Source: a plasmid. From it: a stretch of 64,000 nt of DNA. Every line of letters begins with the position of its first letter. The stretch's first letter is position 1. The notes beneath the pieces are model-generated. The model saw only the letters and a list, made by a program, of their open reading frames with translations, made no database searches and was not told the origin of the DNA. Positions 41,396-51,400 of this stretch are shown here, piece after piece. The position numbers were made by a program, and so were the translations under genes. The stretch lies in the NCBI RefSeq assembly GCF_056712565.1, contig NZ_JBWXXM010000004.1; one strand, 5' to 3'.

Positions 41396-42247
41396 CTATT
41401 GCGCGCTTTCGGGGTTGTCGTTTACTGGCTGCCCTTTCTTAGTTTTACGGCTGCGCGTAACTGATGCGGCTGATTTGACCTTTTTCTCTTCGCGAGTGAT
41501 GGCAATTTGTTTTTTTACATTTTCAATATCTGCCAGGCGATATATTTTTGCCTGCGGCCAGCGGTCGCAGATGATCGGTTCTATAGAGTCATAAAGGCTA
41601 AATTTTGCTTTCTCGAATTCACCGTTGATGATAATTCCATCACGGAGAGTTTCATCGCAGATAAACACACCACATAGCGGCACATGGTAACTAACTGATT
41701 TACCATCATTGTAGTTAGGGCTACTAGAAATGTAATGGACGCGCAGCATTGTTTCGCTAAAGCCGTGTACGCGCATACGGAATTTTTCATCCTCCGGGTA
41801 CTGCTTCATTAGCTCTTTTGTTGCTTCCAGGTTCTCTATGTATTTCGCACTGTGCTCATTGATCCCTGCGCTTTTCTGGATGCGAATGTCCTTATCAATC
41901 AGATGAATAATGCGGCCAGCGGTCATGTTGACGCTGTTCACAGCTTCTGTCTGATAAGTCGTAACCTTACGCACACCGCGAAGGATGTTAGGTACTGGAT
42001 ATAAAATAGTCTTTGGGATATTGAGGTCTGGGTACTGTTCCAGTTCCCGCGCCATTAAAGTCCATTTATCAATTTCAGCCTGAATGCTGTCAGTTTCTTT
42101 GAACGGCAGAACGACAACCGGGCGTACAGGACGACCGTCGCTGGCGGCATCAACGTGTTGGGCGCGTGCAACAGCTTTTTTTAGAAAGAGATCCCTGAAG
42201 CTGACGAACTCCTGGTACAGTTGTTCGCCGTAGACATAATTTATCAT
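41396..42247 (-). CDS. c1: C1 repressor of lysis
   Basis: 283 aa, recognised sequence; its 17-bp operator motif recurs throughout the window. Confidence 0.9.
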   Translation of the reverse strand: MINYVYGEQLYQEFVSFRDLFLKKAVARAQHVDAASDGRPVRPVVVLPFKETDSIQAEIDKWTLMARELEQYPDLNIPKTILYPVPNILRGVRKVTTYQTEAVNSVNMTAGRIIHLIDKDIRIQKSAGINEHSAKYIENLEATKELMKQYPEDEKFRMRVHGFSETMLRVHYISSSPNYNDGKSVSYHVPLCGVFICDETLRDGIIINGEFEKAKFSLYDSIEPIICDRWPQAKIYRLADIENVKKQIAITREEKKVKSAASVTRSRKTKKGQPVNDNPESAQ

Positions 42248-42341
42248 TGATCCTCCTCCAGAATTGACATGGCCAACAACTCACAGCGGATTACACTGGG
42301 AGTTGTTGGCCACCATTATAGAAGGATCCAACGAAAATAAT

Positions 42342-42357
42342 AGATTTATTAGTGCAT
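42342..42357 (-). promoter_or_regulatory. C1-operator-like site upstream of c1
   Basis: AGATTTATTAGTGCAT, reverse complement ATGCACTAATAAATCT. Confidence 0.45.
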
Positions 42358-42567
42358 TTATTGTGAGTCTGGCTGGTTAGTGGCCATGAGATATTCGATT
42401 GTGTCAGTGAGATCATCCAGGTCGTCTTGGGTGATGCGGTACTCCTGATTGGATATCTTTGAGTAGTGTTCAGCAATGGCGCGGGCAGCGTCGGTTTCGG
42501 CGGGGTCTACAGATAAAGCGTTAGAGCAATGTCTAACGTCGTCGATGGTTGGTGGAATGAAAGCCAT
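42358..42567 (-). CDS. coi: Coi, C1 inactivator
   Basis: 69 aa upstream of c1 in the same orientation. Confidence 0.8.
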   Translation of the reverse strand: MAFIPPTIDDVRHCSNALSVDPAETDAARAIAEHYSKISNQEYRITQDDLDDLTDTIEYLMATNQPDSQ

Positions 42568-42806
42568 AATTATGCCTCACTGTATTGACAACACAGAGCC
42601 TGAAGCTCTGACCTACTGTTTCACCCATGATCCATGCTGGGGTAATCTAACAACATTGCGCTGTGTGTAAGATGAGCAATGCATAGCTGTAATGCCGTTG
42701 TATAAGGTTTCCCTGTTTGCTCATTTCCTTCTGAGCCGCTCTACAACGCTGAAGACACATTAAATAGTGAATCCAAAGTCGTATTACGAAACGGCGGCAA
42801 AACTAT

Positions 42807-42822
42807 AATTTATTAGAGCAAT
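42807..42822 (-). promoter_or_regulatory. C1-operator-like site
   Basis: AATTTATTAGAGCAAT, reverse complement of the operator consensus. Confidence 0.55.
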
Positions 42823-42888
42823 TGTCAAACAACTATGAAAAACAATCCAGTTTTTGGCTGGTGGAGTGGGATTTTTCTCTCAAAATTT

Positions 42889-42905
42889 ATTGCTCTAATA
42901 ATTCT
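42889..42905 (+). promoter_or_regulatory. C1-operator-like site
   Basis: ATTGCTCTAATAATTCT. Confidence 0.55.
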
Positions 42906-42948
42906 TGATTTTTATGCACAGCTGGACGTAAACTCCTCTTCAGACCTA

Positions 42949-42982
42949 ATAACTTCGTATAGCATACATTATACGAAGTTAT
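42949..42982. other. loxP: loxP recombination site
   Basis: ATAACTTCGTATA-GCATACAT-TATACGAAGTTAT, exact 34-bp loxP. Confidence 0.97.
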
Positions 42983-43171
42983 CTTAAGGGTTATTGAACA
43001 TGATCAATTTACCTGTAAATCCATACAGTTCAATACCTTATCAGGTCAAATAGTGATCACTTGATCATTTGATCAAGGTTGCGCTACGTAAAATCTGTGA
43101 AATGTTGGCAGTGTTAGTGCTCCAGATTTCGCGTAGCGCACTTAGCACCACCAATCAATCAGAGGTGAAAA

Positions 43172-43393
43172 ATGGGATATTCAGCTGCTAAAGTGTCCAC
43201 TCATATTGAGCTTGAGAAAAACCGTGGTTACTGGCGGGCAAAAGGGTTTGATCGTGATAGTTGTCAACTGTCATTATCGCGCGGTGAAGAGAAAATAGAA
43301 CGCACGCGCGGTCGCTGGCGTTTCTATGACGAGAACCATAAACAGGTAAAGGCAGAGCCGATCCTGTACACTTTACTTAAAACCATTATCTGA
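43172..43393 (+). CDS. cra: Cra (cre-associated function)
   Basis: 73-aa ORF immediately upstream of cre. Confidence 0.7.
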   Translation: MGYSAAKVSTHIELEKNRGYWRAKGFDRDSCQLSLSRGEEKIERTRGRWRFYDENHKQVKAEPILYTLLKTII

Positions 43394-43400
43394 GTGTTAA

Positions 43401-44432
43401 ATGTCCAATTTACTGACCGTACACCAAAATTTGCCTGCATTACCGGTCGATGCAACGAGTGATGAGGTTCGCAAGAACCTGATGGACATGTTCAGGGATC
43501 GCCAGGCGTTTTCTGAGCATACCTGGAAAATGCTTCTGTCCGTTTGCCGATCGTGGGCGGCATGGTGCAAGTTGAATAACCGGAAATGGTTTCCCGCAGA
43601 ACCTGAAGATGTTCGCGATTATCTTCTATATCTTCAGGCGCGCGGTCTGGCAGTAAAAACTATCCAGCAACATTTGGGCCAGCTAAACATGCTTCATCGT
43701 CGGTCCGGGCTGCCACGACCAAGTGACAGTAATGCTGTTTCACTGGTCATGCGACGGATCCGAAAAGAAAACGTTGATGCCGGTGAACGTGCAAAACAGG
43801 CACTGGCGTTCGAACGCACTGATTTCGACCAGGTTCGTTCACTCATGGAAAATAGCGATCGCTGCCAGGATATACGTAATCTGGCATTTCTGGGGATTGC
43901 TTATAACACCCTATTACGTATAGCCGAAATTGCCAGGATCAGGGTTAAAGATATCTCACGTACTGACGGTGGGAGAATGTTAATCCATATTGGCAGAACG
44001 AAAACGCTGGTTAGCACCGCAGGTGTAGAGAAGGCACTTAGCCTGGGGGTAACTAAACTGGTCGAGCGATGGATTTCTGTCTCTGGTGTGGCTGATGATC
44101 CGAATAACTACTTGTTTTGCCGTGTCAGAAAAAATGGTGTTGCCGCGCCATCTGCCACCAGCCAGCTATCAACTCGCGCCCTGGAAGGGATTTTTGAAGC
44201 AACTCATCGATTGATTTACGGCGCTAAGGATGACTCTGGTCAGAGATACCTGGCCTGGTCTGGACACAGTGCCCGTGTCGGAGCCGCGCGAGATATGGCC
44301 CGCGCCGGAGTTTCAATACCGGAGATCATGCAAGCTGGTGGCTGGACCAACGTAAATATTGTCATGAACTATATCCGTAACCTGGATAGTGAAACGGGGG
44401 CAATGGTGCGCCTGCTGGAAGATGGCGATTAG
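43401..44432 (+). CDS. cre: Cre tyrosine recombinase
   Basis: 343 aa MSNLLTVHQNLPALPVDATSDEVRKNLMDMFRDRQAFSEHTWKMLLSVCRSWAAWCKLNNRKWFPAEPEDVRDYLLYLQARGLAVKTIQQHLGQLNMLHRRSGLPRPSDSNAVSLVMRRIRKENVDAGERAKQALAFERTDFDQVRSLMENSDRCQDIRNLAFLGIAYNTLLRIAEIARIRVKDISRTDGGRMLIHIGRTKTLVSTAGVEKALSLGVTKLVERWISVSGVADDPNNYLFCRVRKNGVAAPSATSQLSTRALEGIFEATHRLIYGAKDDSGQRYLAWSGHSARVGAARDMARAGVSIPEIMQAGGWTNVNIVMNYIRNLDSETGAMVRLLEDGD; next to loxP. Confidence 0.97.
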   Translation: MSNLLTVHQNLPALPVDATSDEVRKNLMDMFRDRQAFSEHTWKMLLSVCRSWAAWCKLNNRKWFPAEPEDVRDYLLYLQARGLAVKTIQQHLGQLNMLHRRSGLPRPSDSNAVSLVMRRIRKENVDAGERAKQALAFERTDFDQVRSLMENSDRCQDIRNLAFLGIAYNTLLRIAEIARIRVKDISRTDGGRMLIHIGRTKTLVSTAGVEKALSLGVTKLVERWISVSGVADDPNNYLFCRVRKNGVAAPSATSQLSTRALEGIFEATHRLIYGAKDDSGQRYLAWSGHSARVGAARDMARAGVSIPEIMQAGGWTNVNIVMNYIRNLDSETGAMVRLLEDGD

Positions 44433-44449
44433 CCGTTCATTTGCGCTTG

Positions 44450-44466
44450 ATTGCTCTAATTATTTG
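44450..44466 (+). promoter_or_regulatory. C1-operator-like site
   Basis: ATTGCTCTAATTATTTG between cre and next ORF. Confidence 0.5.
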
Positions 44467-44482
44467 ATATTTATGGTGACGC

Positions 44483-44794
44483 ATGCGGAAGGATTTCAAA
44501 ATAGACGGAAAATATGTGGTGCTGTCTGTAAGCTCTCAAATTCAGTCACCATCTGTCATTGTCACCGTAAAGTTGAGCGATAGGATGCCTGATATCGACT
44601 CGATATCTGTTGCGTTCCCCGTTAAAAGCATGCGGAGTGCTGAACATTTTGTGATGAATGCAACGGAGGAGGAAGCGCGGCGCGGGCTTACTAGAGTGAT
44701 GGTGGAATTTGGCGAACTCCTGGGTAAGGTAAACAATGCCCTTTCAATCAGTTCAGCAAGATCCAAAGCGTTAACAGCTTCCATGATGAAATAA
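44483..44794 (+). CDS. hypothetical protein between cre and ref
   Basis: 103-aa ORF. Confidence 0.45.
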   Translation: MRKDFKIDGKYVVLSVSSQIQSPSVIVTVKLSDRMPDIDSISVAFPVKSMRSAEHFVMNATEEEARRGLTRVMVEFGELLGKVNNALSISSARSKALTASMMK

Positions 44795-44819
44795 AAAAAG
44801 CCTGGCAAGGAGCCAGGCT
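44793..44819 (-). terminator. hairpin with minus-strand T-run (terminator-like)
   Basis: AAAAAAAGCCTGGCAAGGAGCCAGGC on plus strand; stem then T-run when read on minus strand. Confidence 0.35.
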
Positions 44820-44915
44820 GCACAAAAGAGCGGGTTTGTATTCCGCATCCAATCAATCAAGAAGGAGTATAGCACACAGGTACTGAAGTGAAAAAATGTG
44901 ATTCGCGATTAACAA

Positions 44916-44932
44916 AATATCTGCCATTGCTC
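44916..44932 (+). promoter_or_regulatory. C1-operator-like site upstream of ref
   Basis: ATTGCTCTAATTGATTG. Confidence 0.55.
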
Positions 44933-44999
44933 TAATTGATTGCTATAATTAAGCCGCAGTTTTTGTCAACTACGAAGACGTTGCCATTACTTAACTCCT

Positions 45000-45026
45000 T
45001 GACATCATTGGCGGCCATTAGGCCGC
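45000..45026 (+). terminator. hairpin plus T9 tract immediately upstream of ref start
   Basis: GGCGGCCATTAGGCCGCC then TTTTTTTTT, 15 nt before the ref ATG. Confidence 0.45.
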
Positions 45027-45041
45027 CTTTTTTTTTGCCAT

Positions 45042-45602
45042 ATGAAAACAATCGAACAAAAACTTGAACAGCGCCGCGAGTGGCAGAAGGCAGCCAGAGA
45101 ACGAGCGATCGCTCGGCAACGGGAAAAGTTGGCTGACCCCGCCTGGCGAGAATCGCAATATCAGAAAATGCGGGATTCTATCGACCGCCGTATCGCTAAA
45201 CAGAAAGAGCGCCCACCAGCCAGCAAAACGCGGAAAAGTGCGGTAAAGATAAAATCTCGTGGCTTGAAGGGGCGAACATCGACAGCGGAGGAACGGAGCA
45301 TCGCCAATGCTCTTGGCGCTCTCCCCTGCATTGCCTGCTACATGCATGGAGTAATATCTGAAGAGGTATCTCTGCACCATATCTCCGGTCGTACCGCGCC
45401 GGGTTGTCACAAAAAGCAATTGCCCCTTTGTAGATGGCACCACCAGCATGCAGCACCGGCTGAAGTAAGAGAAAAATACCCCTGGCTGGTCCCTGTTCAT
45501 GCCGATGGTGTGGTTGGAGGCAAGAAAGAATTCACCTTGCTGAACAAGTCAGAGATGGAGTTGCTGGCTGACGCCTATGAGATGGCAAACATCATGCACT
45601 AA
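45042..45602 (+). CDS. ref: Ref recombination enhancement function (HNH endonuclease)
   Basis: 186 aa; HNH-like Cys/His cluster CIACYMHG..HHISGR..CHKKQLPLCRWHH. Confidence 0.85.
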   Translation: MKTIEQKLEQRREWQKAARERAIARQREKLADPAWRESQYQKMRDSIDRRIAKQKERPPASKTRKSAVKIKSRGLKGRTSTAEERSIANALGALPCIACYMHGVISEEVSLHHISGRTAPGCHKKQLPLCRWHHQHAAPAEVREKYPWLVPVHADGVVGGKKEFTLLNKSEMELLADAYEMANIMH

Positions 45603-45791
45603 TAAATATATTATTTTTAATCTGAAATAATTGACAACTGACAAGTGACTTCAGTCAGAATCATCACATGCCCGGTACGGATGGATCCCTTTTCAAATAT
45701 TCCATGGACGGCACAGTCTGAGTACCGGGCGCTACCTTCAGTTGTATTGCTAAGCCGCCGCTGGTGGCTTTTCTTTTTTGTAGGGGGCGCT

Positions 45792-46433
45792 ATGGATAAG
45801 AAAATATGCGTTGTTTCGATGAGCGTCGGCAAACCGGCGTCAATGACTGCTGCATGGATCAACAATGAGCTAATAATGGCTGAGCGGACCAGCTACCCTG
45901 AACGCCGCCGCGATATGGAACTCCAGCTGCTGCGCGAATTGCGAGAAAAAGAGGAAAAGGGTTTTATCGTGCTGGTGGAAGAGGAAAACAGCTTTATTAC
46001 TGGTCGAGTTGGCCAGCGTGTAAGGTTGCGCGATCCCTTCATGAACGGCAGGCCGGTACTAATTGAGGCAATGCAGATTTATAAGGAGCTGGAACGCCAG
46101 AAAGCAATCAAGTTACCGCGCAAGGAATCCGGCAAATACATTCTCCACCAAAGCATCTTCGATTCCGAACACGATAAAAAAGGCGATGAGTTTTTCAACA
46201 TCAACTGGAGCGAAATAACGACAGAGCATGTTCTGACGTTGTTATGCTGCTTCGCAACAGAATACAACAACGTGGTAAGCGCAGACTACATCAGGGCAAT
46301 GGCTGGAGAAGTTGAGGCCCGCCAAGAACCATCGTTACTAAGTCCACTGATTAACATAATTCTGGGCACCCAGATACTGGAACAAAAAAAAGTGCCGAAA
46401 GGGGTATTAACAGGCAAGCATAATTATTTTTAA
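45792..46433 (+). CDS. mat: Mat-like protein (particle maturation)
   Basis: 213 aa from ATG 45792 (G-rich RBS); position after ref as in P1. Confidence 0.55.
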   Translation: MDKKICVVSMSVGKPASMTAAWINNELIMAERTSYPERRRDMELQLLRELREKEEKGFIVLVEEENSFITGRVGQRVRLRDPFMNGRPVLIEAMQIYKELERQKAIKLPRKESGKYILHQSIFDSEHDKKGDEFFNINWSEITTEHVLTLLCCFATEYNNVVSADYIRAMAGEVEARQEPSLLSPLINIILGTQILEQKKVPKGVLTGKHNYF

Positions 46434-46526
46434 CAATTACATACAGTAATTTTGTGGTTACATTCTCCATTGATTTTCTAACCGCTTTATCATTAGATGT
46501 AACAGCATGTAAATCATTTAAAATGG

Positions 46527-47663
46527 ATGAAAGCAATGGGGAATGAAGTTTATCAAAGTCAAAAATGCAAGTTGAAATATTCAAAATCTCAAATTGATAG
46601 GGCTGCTCAATTGATAAGGCACGGGTGTAGTGACGAAGAAAGGCAGCAATCTATTGAAATGATACAAAATTTCCGTGAGCTGCATCTTTATCCATTAATG
46701 CTCATGAAAAATCATTTAGCAAGAGCAGCTGCTAAGGTTGACAAGGACAAAAAGATTCTCGTTGCAAGAAGACTTAAGCGACTTTCTACCATAATAGATA
46801 AACTAGAGCGTCCTAGTCTTGATGGAGGCAGAACTAGCAATGCAATTAAATTAACACGGATGCAGGACGTTGGCGGATGTAGGGCCATTGTCAGAAACTT
46901 AGACCAGTTGATACAGCTAAAGGAACGTCTTTTAAAAAGCAAATCTGTTCATAGGATTGTTAAAGAGTATGATTATCTTACTCCCAAAGACAGCGGCTAT
47001 AGTGGAATCCACCTTGCATACAGTTGCTTCGATCAGAAAGAGGATCAATATCCGTGGCGAAAAACAAAGATTGAGATACAGTTAAGAACTCAATTGCAGC
47101 ATGCTTGGGCTACCAGCCTTGAAATAATTGATACCCTTGAAGGTATCAAGCTGAAAACTTCAAGTGAAGGGCATCCAGAATGGAGACGATTTTTCTATCT
47201 AGCCGGATGTCTTGTAGCGCACGACGAAAAAGCCTGCACTCTTGATGAGCTAGTTGTATCTCAGTATGAAGGCGAGCTTAAAGAGCTGGAACGGACTTTA
47301 TCTGTACGGAGGAAACTAAGCACATACACCATCGCCTTAAATTTAACTTCTGACGCGAATTTGATTAAGAAGTTGCCAAAAAATCATAAGGGGCATTACT
47401 TAGTAACAATGAGAAATGCAGAAAACAAGCCCAATACAAAAAACAAAAAAATGTTCCTAGTGTCTGTTCGCGCATTTAAAACAAAAGAAGCAGATGAAGC
47501 CCTTGAGGCCTTAAATAAAGACGATTCTAATCCTAATGTATTGATATCTGTTCTCGTTGCTACAGATAACATTAAGTCACTAAAAAAAGCCTACCCCAAC
47601 TATTTTGGCTCAACAAACCAGTTTACAAAATTCTTAGATAAGCATCTTCGTAACGAAGGATAG
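46527..47663 (+). CDS. RelA/SpoT-domain nucleotidyltransferase protein, candidate fused toxin-antitoxin (CapRel-like toxSAS)
   Basis: 378 aa, AT-rich codon usage; RelA/SpoT synthetase motifs RLKRLSTIIDKL, DVGGCRAIV, GYSGIHLAY, EIQLRTQLQHAW; about 130-aa C-terminal extension; occupies the res/mod position. Confidence 0.7.
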   Translation: MKAMGNEVYQSQKCKLKYSKSQIDRAAQLIRHGCSDEERQQSIEMIQNFRELHLYPLMLMKNHLARAAAKVDKDKKILVARRLKRLSTIIDKLERPSLDGGRTSNAIKLTRMQDVGGCRAIVRNLDQLIQLKERLLKSKSVHRIVKEYDYLTPKDSGYSGIHLAYSCFDQKEDQYPWRKTKIEIQLRTQLQHAWATSLEIIDTLEGIKLKTSSEGHPEWRRFFYLAGCLVAHDEKACTLDELVVSQYEGELKELERTLSVRRKLSTYTIALNLTSDANLIKKLPKNHKGHYLVTMRNAENKPNTKNKKMFLVSVRAFKTKEADEALEALNKDDSNPNVLISVLVATDNIKSLKKAYPNYFGSTNQFTKFLDKHLRNEG

Positions 47664-47669
47664 TTGCTT

Positions 47670-47697
47670 AATTTTGCCCGGTAATTCCGGGCAAAAT
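47670..47697. other. perfect 28-bp palindrome between convergent genes
   Basis: AATTTTGCCCGG-TAAT-TCCGGGCAAAATT. Confidence 0.5.
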
Positions 47698-47699
47698 TG

Positions 47700-47948
47700 T
47701 CAATCTGCATTCAGGAGCAATGCGTTATCTATGATGATCTGCTCCCATTCTTCGAATGCCCGATCGCGGACGCCCTGGGGAACACTGTTAGTTTTGAAAT
47801 CGACCACCGTCCGCCATTTCCCGTCCGGGCGGTACATGCGCAGAGCTTTACTTCCCCCTTCCCTGCGCACCTCAACGTTATGCTTATCAGCAAACTCTTG
47901 TAATGCTCGTAGCGTCCCATGCTTTACTGTGTAGTATCGCTTTTTCAA
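47700..47948 (-). CDS. lxc: Lxc/Bof-like C1 co-repressor
   Basis: 82-aa ORF directly downstream of ulx-like ORF, matching recalled Bof/Lxc size and position. Confidence 0.55.
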   Translation of the reverse strand: MKKRYYTVKHGTLRALQEFADKHNVEVRREGGSKALRMYRPDGKWRTVVDFKTNSVPQGVRDRAFEEWEQIIIDNALLLNAD

Positions 47949-48385
47949 GTTTTCTCTCCAGCCTGTGCCAAGGCTTCAACTTCCAAATCGTAAGACTCAA
48001 ACTCATAGTCCTGGTCGTCAACTTCTTCAGGCACTGGCAGTAAATGCCAGGCTGAGTATATCTGACCATTATCAAAACGCTCCTGGCTGTAGAGCGTCGC
48101 GGCTATGAGTGTTAGCGCCGGGCGGTCATAACGGTAAATTTTGCGAACGTCACGGTCAACGAGACGACCGAAATTACCATAACCGCGCTCCAGTAATAAT
48201 TTTTTAATTTCCGGCCAGTATGGACCATAGCTGCGGTACAGGCGGGGATTTTTCAGTAATCGCCCGCGTAGCCCTGACAGGAAGAAATCAACGTATTCGT
48301 CTTCTGTCTTTCCTAACAACGCTGTACGGAGTACCGCCTCAAGATATGTTTTATTCGGTTTTATTGTATCAGATAGTGTGGCCAT
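47945..48385 (-). CDS. ulx: Ulx-like protein (upstream of lxc)
   Basis: 146-aa ORF overlapping lxc start by 4 nt. Confidence 0.5.
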   Translation of the reverse strand: MATLSDTIKPNKTYLEAVLRTALLGKTEDEYVDFFLSGLRGRLLKNPRLYRSYGPYWPEIKKLLLERGYGNFGRLVDRDVRKIYRYDRPALTLIAATLYSQERFDNGQIYSAWHLLPVPEEVDDQDYEFESYDLEVEALAQAGEKT

Positions 48386-48418
48386 ATTATGCGACGCCCG
48401 GCGAACCGGGCGCTCCTG

Positions 48419-51400
48419 TTATGCGTATTGTTGGATGACGGCCAGAACGTCCGCCACGTTGTGTTTTGTCTCGATAATCCACCAGTTACCCGGGAAATCG
48501 CTGTTCTTCGCCTTCGCTGGCAGCCAGCGAGCGCCGAATTTCGCCTTGATTGCGTCTTTCGCACGGAAAAGAACGCCTTTCATGCCTGAGGCTTCCTGAA
48601 GCCCAAATACCTCGCCAGCGGCGAATTTTGGTGCGTACATCATCTTCAGGTCGGCGGTGGATACGCGATAATTCAGACCAAGAGACTGAGCTATGCTGGT
48701 GGCATCACCCTGTGTTGATGATAACTCTTCTTGTTTCTCGTTTCTGGCGGCAATCTCTTCCTCCGTGATGTTGCCAAGGGCTAGGTTTATCCGATCAGCG
48801 TCGGCCTGTTTCTCTTCATCGGTGCGCCCGGCAAGAACCGTGTTAATTCTCTGCAATATCTCCACATGATTCTTGCGCATGCTGAGCAATTCCGGCGTAA
48901 CCTCGTTAAGATCCACCAGCCCAAGGATGGCAAGGTCGGAAAACATTGATACCAGGTTGTAGGTCATGCGATAGCTGAGTTGACCATAGGCTGATGGCAA
49001 CTTCACAGCATCCATTTGATAGGCATCCATAAATTTAGAGCCGTCGTTTACGACATCCGCTATTGCAGGTGTGATTTTCCCTGTGGTGGCGGCCTCCCTG
49101 ATTGCTGTTACCCACGATTGAGTCAGCGCGGCGACTGCATGATTCAGATTGGCTTCCCGTTCTGCTACGATGCGCGCGCTTGCTGCGTCCATTGCCTGCT
49201 TGATCTCGGCTTTATTGCTGTAAATGCCAATGGTGCCAAACTGTGCTGTGGTGATCTCATAATCTGACCCCCGGAACTCATTGGTACCGAAAATGGCATT
49301 GGTGACTTCAAGTTCAGAATCCCCGTTACGAGTAGCCCCCTGGCTTGTTTTTTCCGGCATTCTGGCGATCGCATCCGCTATTTTCTCCTGAATTGCTTCA
49401 GGGGATAGCGTATCTCCGTATGACGCGATTACATCGCCATAATTGGAGCCAAACAATTCAACCAGGAATGTTTCTGCCGAACGGATCTGGCGGTTATTCC
49501 CTTCCGACATCATACCAAGCACCCATTTTGCAATTGACGACTTCAGCGCGTCGTCACGGCGATCCGGGTAAACCGCATGCTTCAGTGGGTCCGTATAGGT
49601 ACCAACAAAATCAATGCTATAGCCTGACTCTGTAGTCTGAACGCCGTACGAGTCAGTTATTTTGATCATGCCGCGCTGCTGGAAACGGTAGAAATCGTCA
49701 CAGGAAATGATGTCGTTAATCCCGGCGATGGAGACGCCACCACTGATTTTCTGCATAACAGCATCTTCATCGGGAGTTACATCCACCTGTTTATCCAGCG
49801 TCTTCACATCCCAGTTACCCGATTTGGTGCCTTTGAAGGTAAAGATGATCTCCACGTCTGCGCGCTGGCTGTCGAAGTCCAGCGACTTAATGCGAACGAT
49901 ATCACCGGCACAATCGTAGTATTGGCCTACACGCCATGAGCGATCGCCGATAACAAGGAACTCACTCGCATGGTTAACCAGGTCAGGATCAACATCCAGA
50001 ATGCCTTTATTTATTGCATCCTCCACCAGCGGGCGCAGGCGTTTGATATCCGTCGCGGCCTTCTGAGTACGGTTCAATAATTTCTCATAGCGGGAGATGG
50101 CTTGAGAGATATTAGCCTTGCGCTGAATGGCGTTTTTCAACGACGCGCGATACTGTGCTAACAACATACGGTCTGTGTGATGGACGCTCCCCCAGCGGGC
50201 CTTCCAGTCTGCGTTATCAGCTGCTTTGGCCATTACCGCCTGTTTGAATTTGGCGACGTCGGCGGTGGTCTTTTCAAGTTCCGCTTTGCTTCGCTCTAAT
50301 TCAGCGGTAAGTACCTCCACATCCTCGCCAGCTGCGTGCTGCGCCTTGATGTAGTTCTGAAGGTCGATAGTAGCCTGTTCTTTCTGGCGAGCGCGTTGCG
50401 CGGCTTTCGCCTTATCCATTTGAACCTGCATCATTGCCAGACGTTCGCCATCATCCTTAGCGGTATACATCTGCATTTCGATCATATCGTTGGCGTCGGC
50501 GTTCTCCATTTCTGACTTATCTGAACGGAGGATATCGGAGATCCAGCCTGCTTTACGCTTCAGCGTCTTCAGTCGGTATTCATCGAAAGAACCCTTGCCG
50601 CAGTAGTAGTGAACGCGAACGCTTGCACGGTTGGAGCCAACTCGGGCACCGCGACCGTTACGCTGTGCGATACTGGCTGGTGTCCATGGCAACGTCAGAT
50701 GATGGATGTCAGTCGTTCCTCGATGCAGGTTGATACCCACCTCTGCCTTTTTGTTGCAGATGATGATCGGAGTCCGGCCCTCCTGGAAGTCGGCAGCAAT
50801 CTTTTCCAGCCCACCCAGCGACATTTCATTTTGCTGCGCGATATAGGCGTCATACAGAGCCATTTGCTCGTTGTATTTCGCTATCTGTGCATCTGTTGGT
50901 TCATCCGGTAGCTCTTTCGGCGGTTTAACCGCTTTCAGTTTCTTACCGGTTTTACCTGCCTCGGCAACCGTCTGAGCATTCAGGATCCCCACCTTTGAAG
51001 GTTCAAGGTTAAGAGCATTGCAGATAATGCGCTTGAGCTTCTGGTGTTGCGTTTTTTCATCGGTGAAGATGATTTGCTTACCTTCCGGGAAAAACTCCTT
51101 CAGCGTGGCAATCAGCTTCGCGTATTTGGGCGTAACGGGGTGAGTTACGGTCTGTTCGTCAATGCCAAACTTGGCCAGGCGCTTATTCACTTCCTGCTCG
51201 AACGCTTCCGGAACCTGCAACTGAATAAACTCGCCCTTATCTATCAGGGAGTATTGCGATTGCTGCGTGATTGAATCATCACTGTCGTCGTCTTCGCTGG
51301 TGGCTTGTTTAGGCAAACTGTCCGCCAGCTGCTGCACCGCATCGGCGTACTCCGGCAGGAAACGATAGGTGATCCGGCGATAGTACAGGTCCATGTCAGT

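Noticed and set aside
46434-47700. Type III restriction-modification res/mod genes expected from the P1 map
   Set aside because: No large helicase/endonuclease or mod methyltransferase ORF in this interval; only the 378-aa RelA/SpoT-like gene is present.
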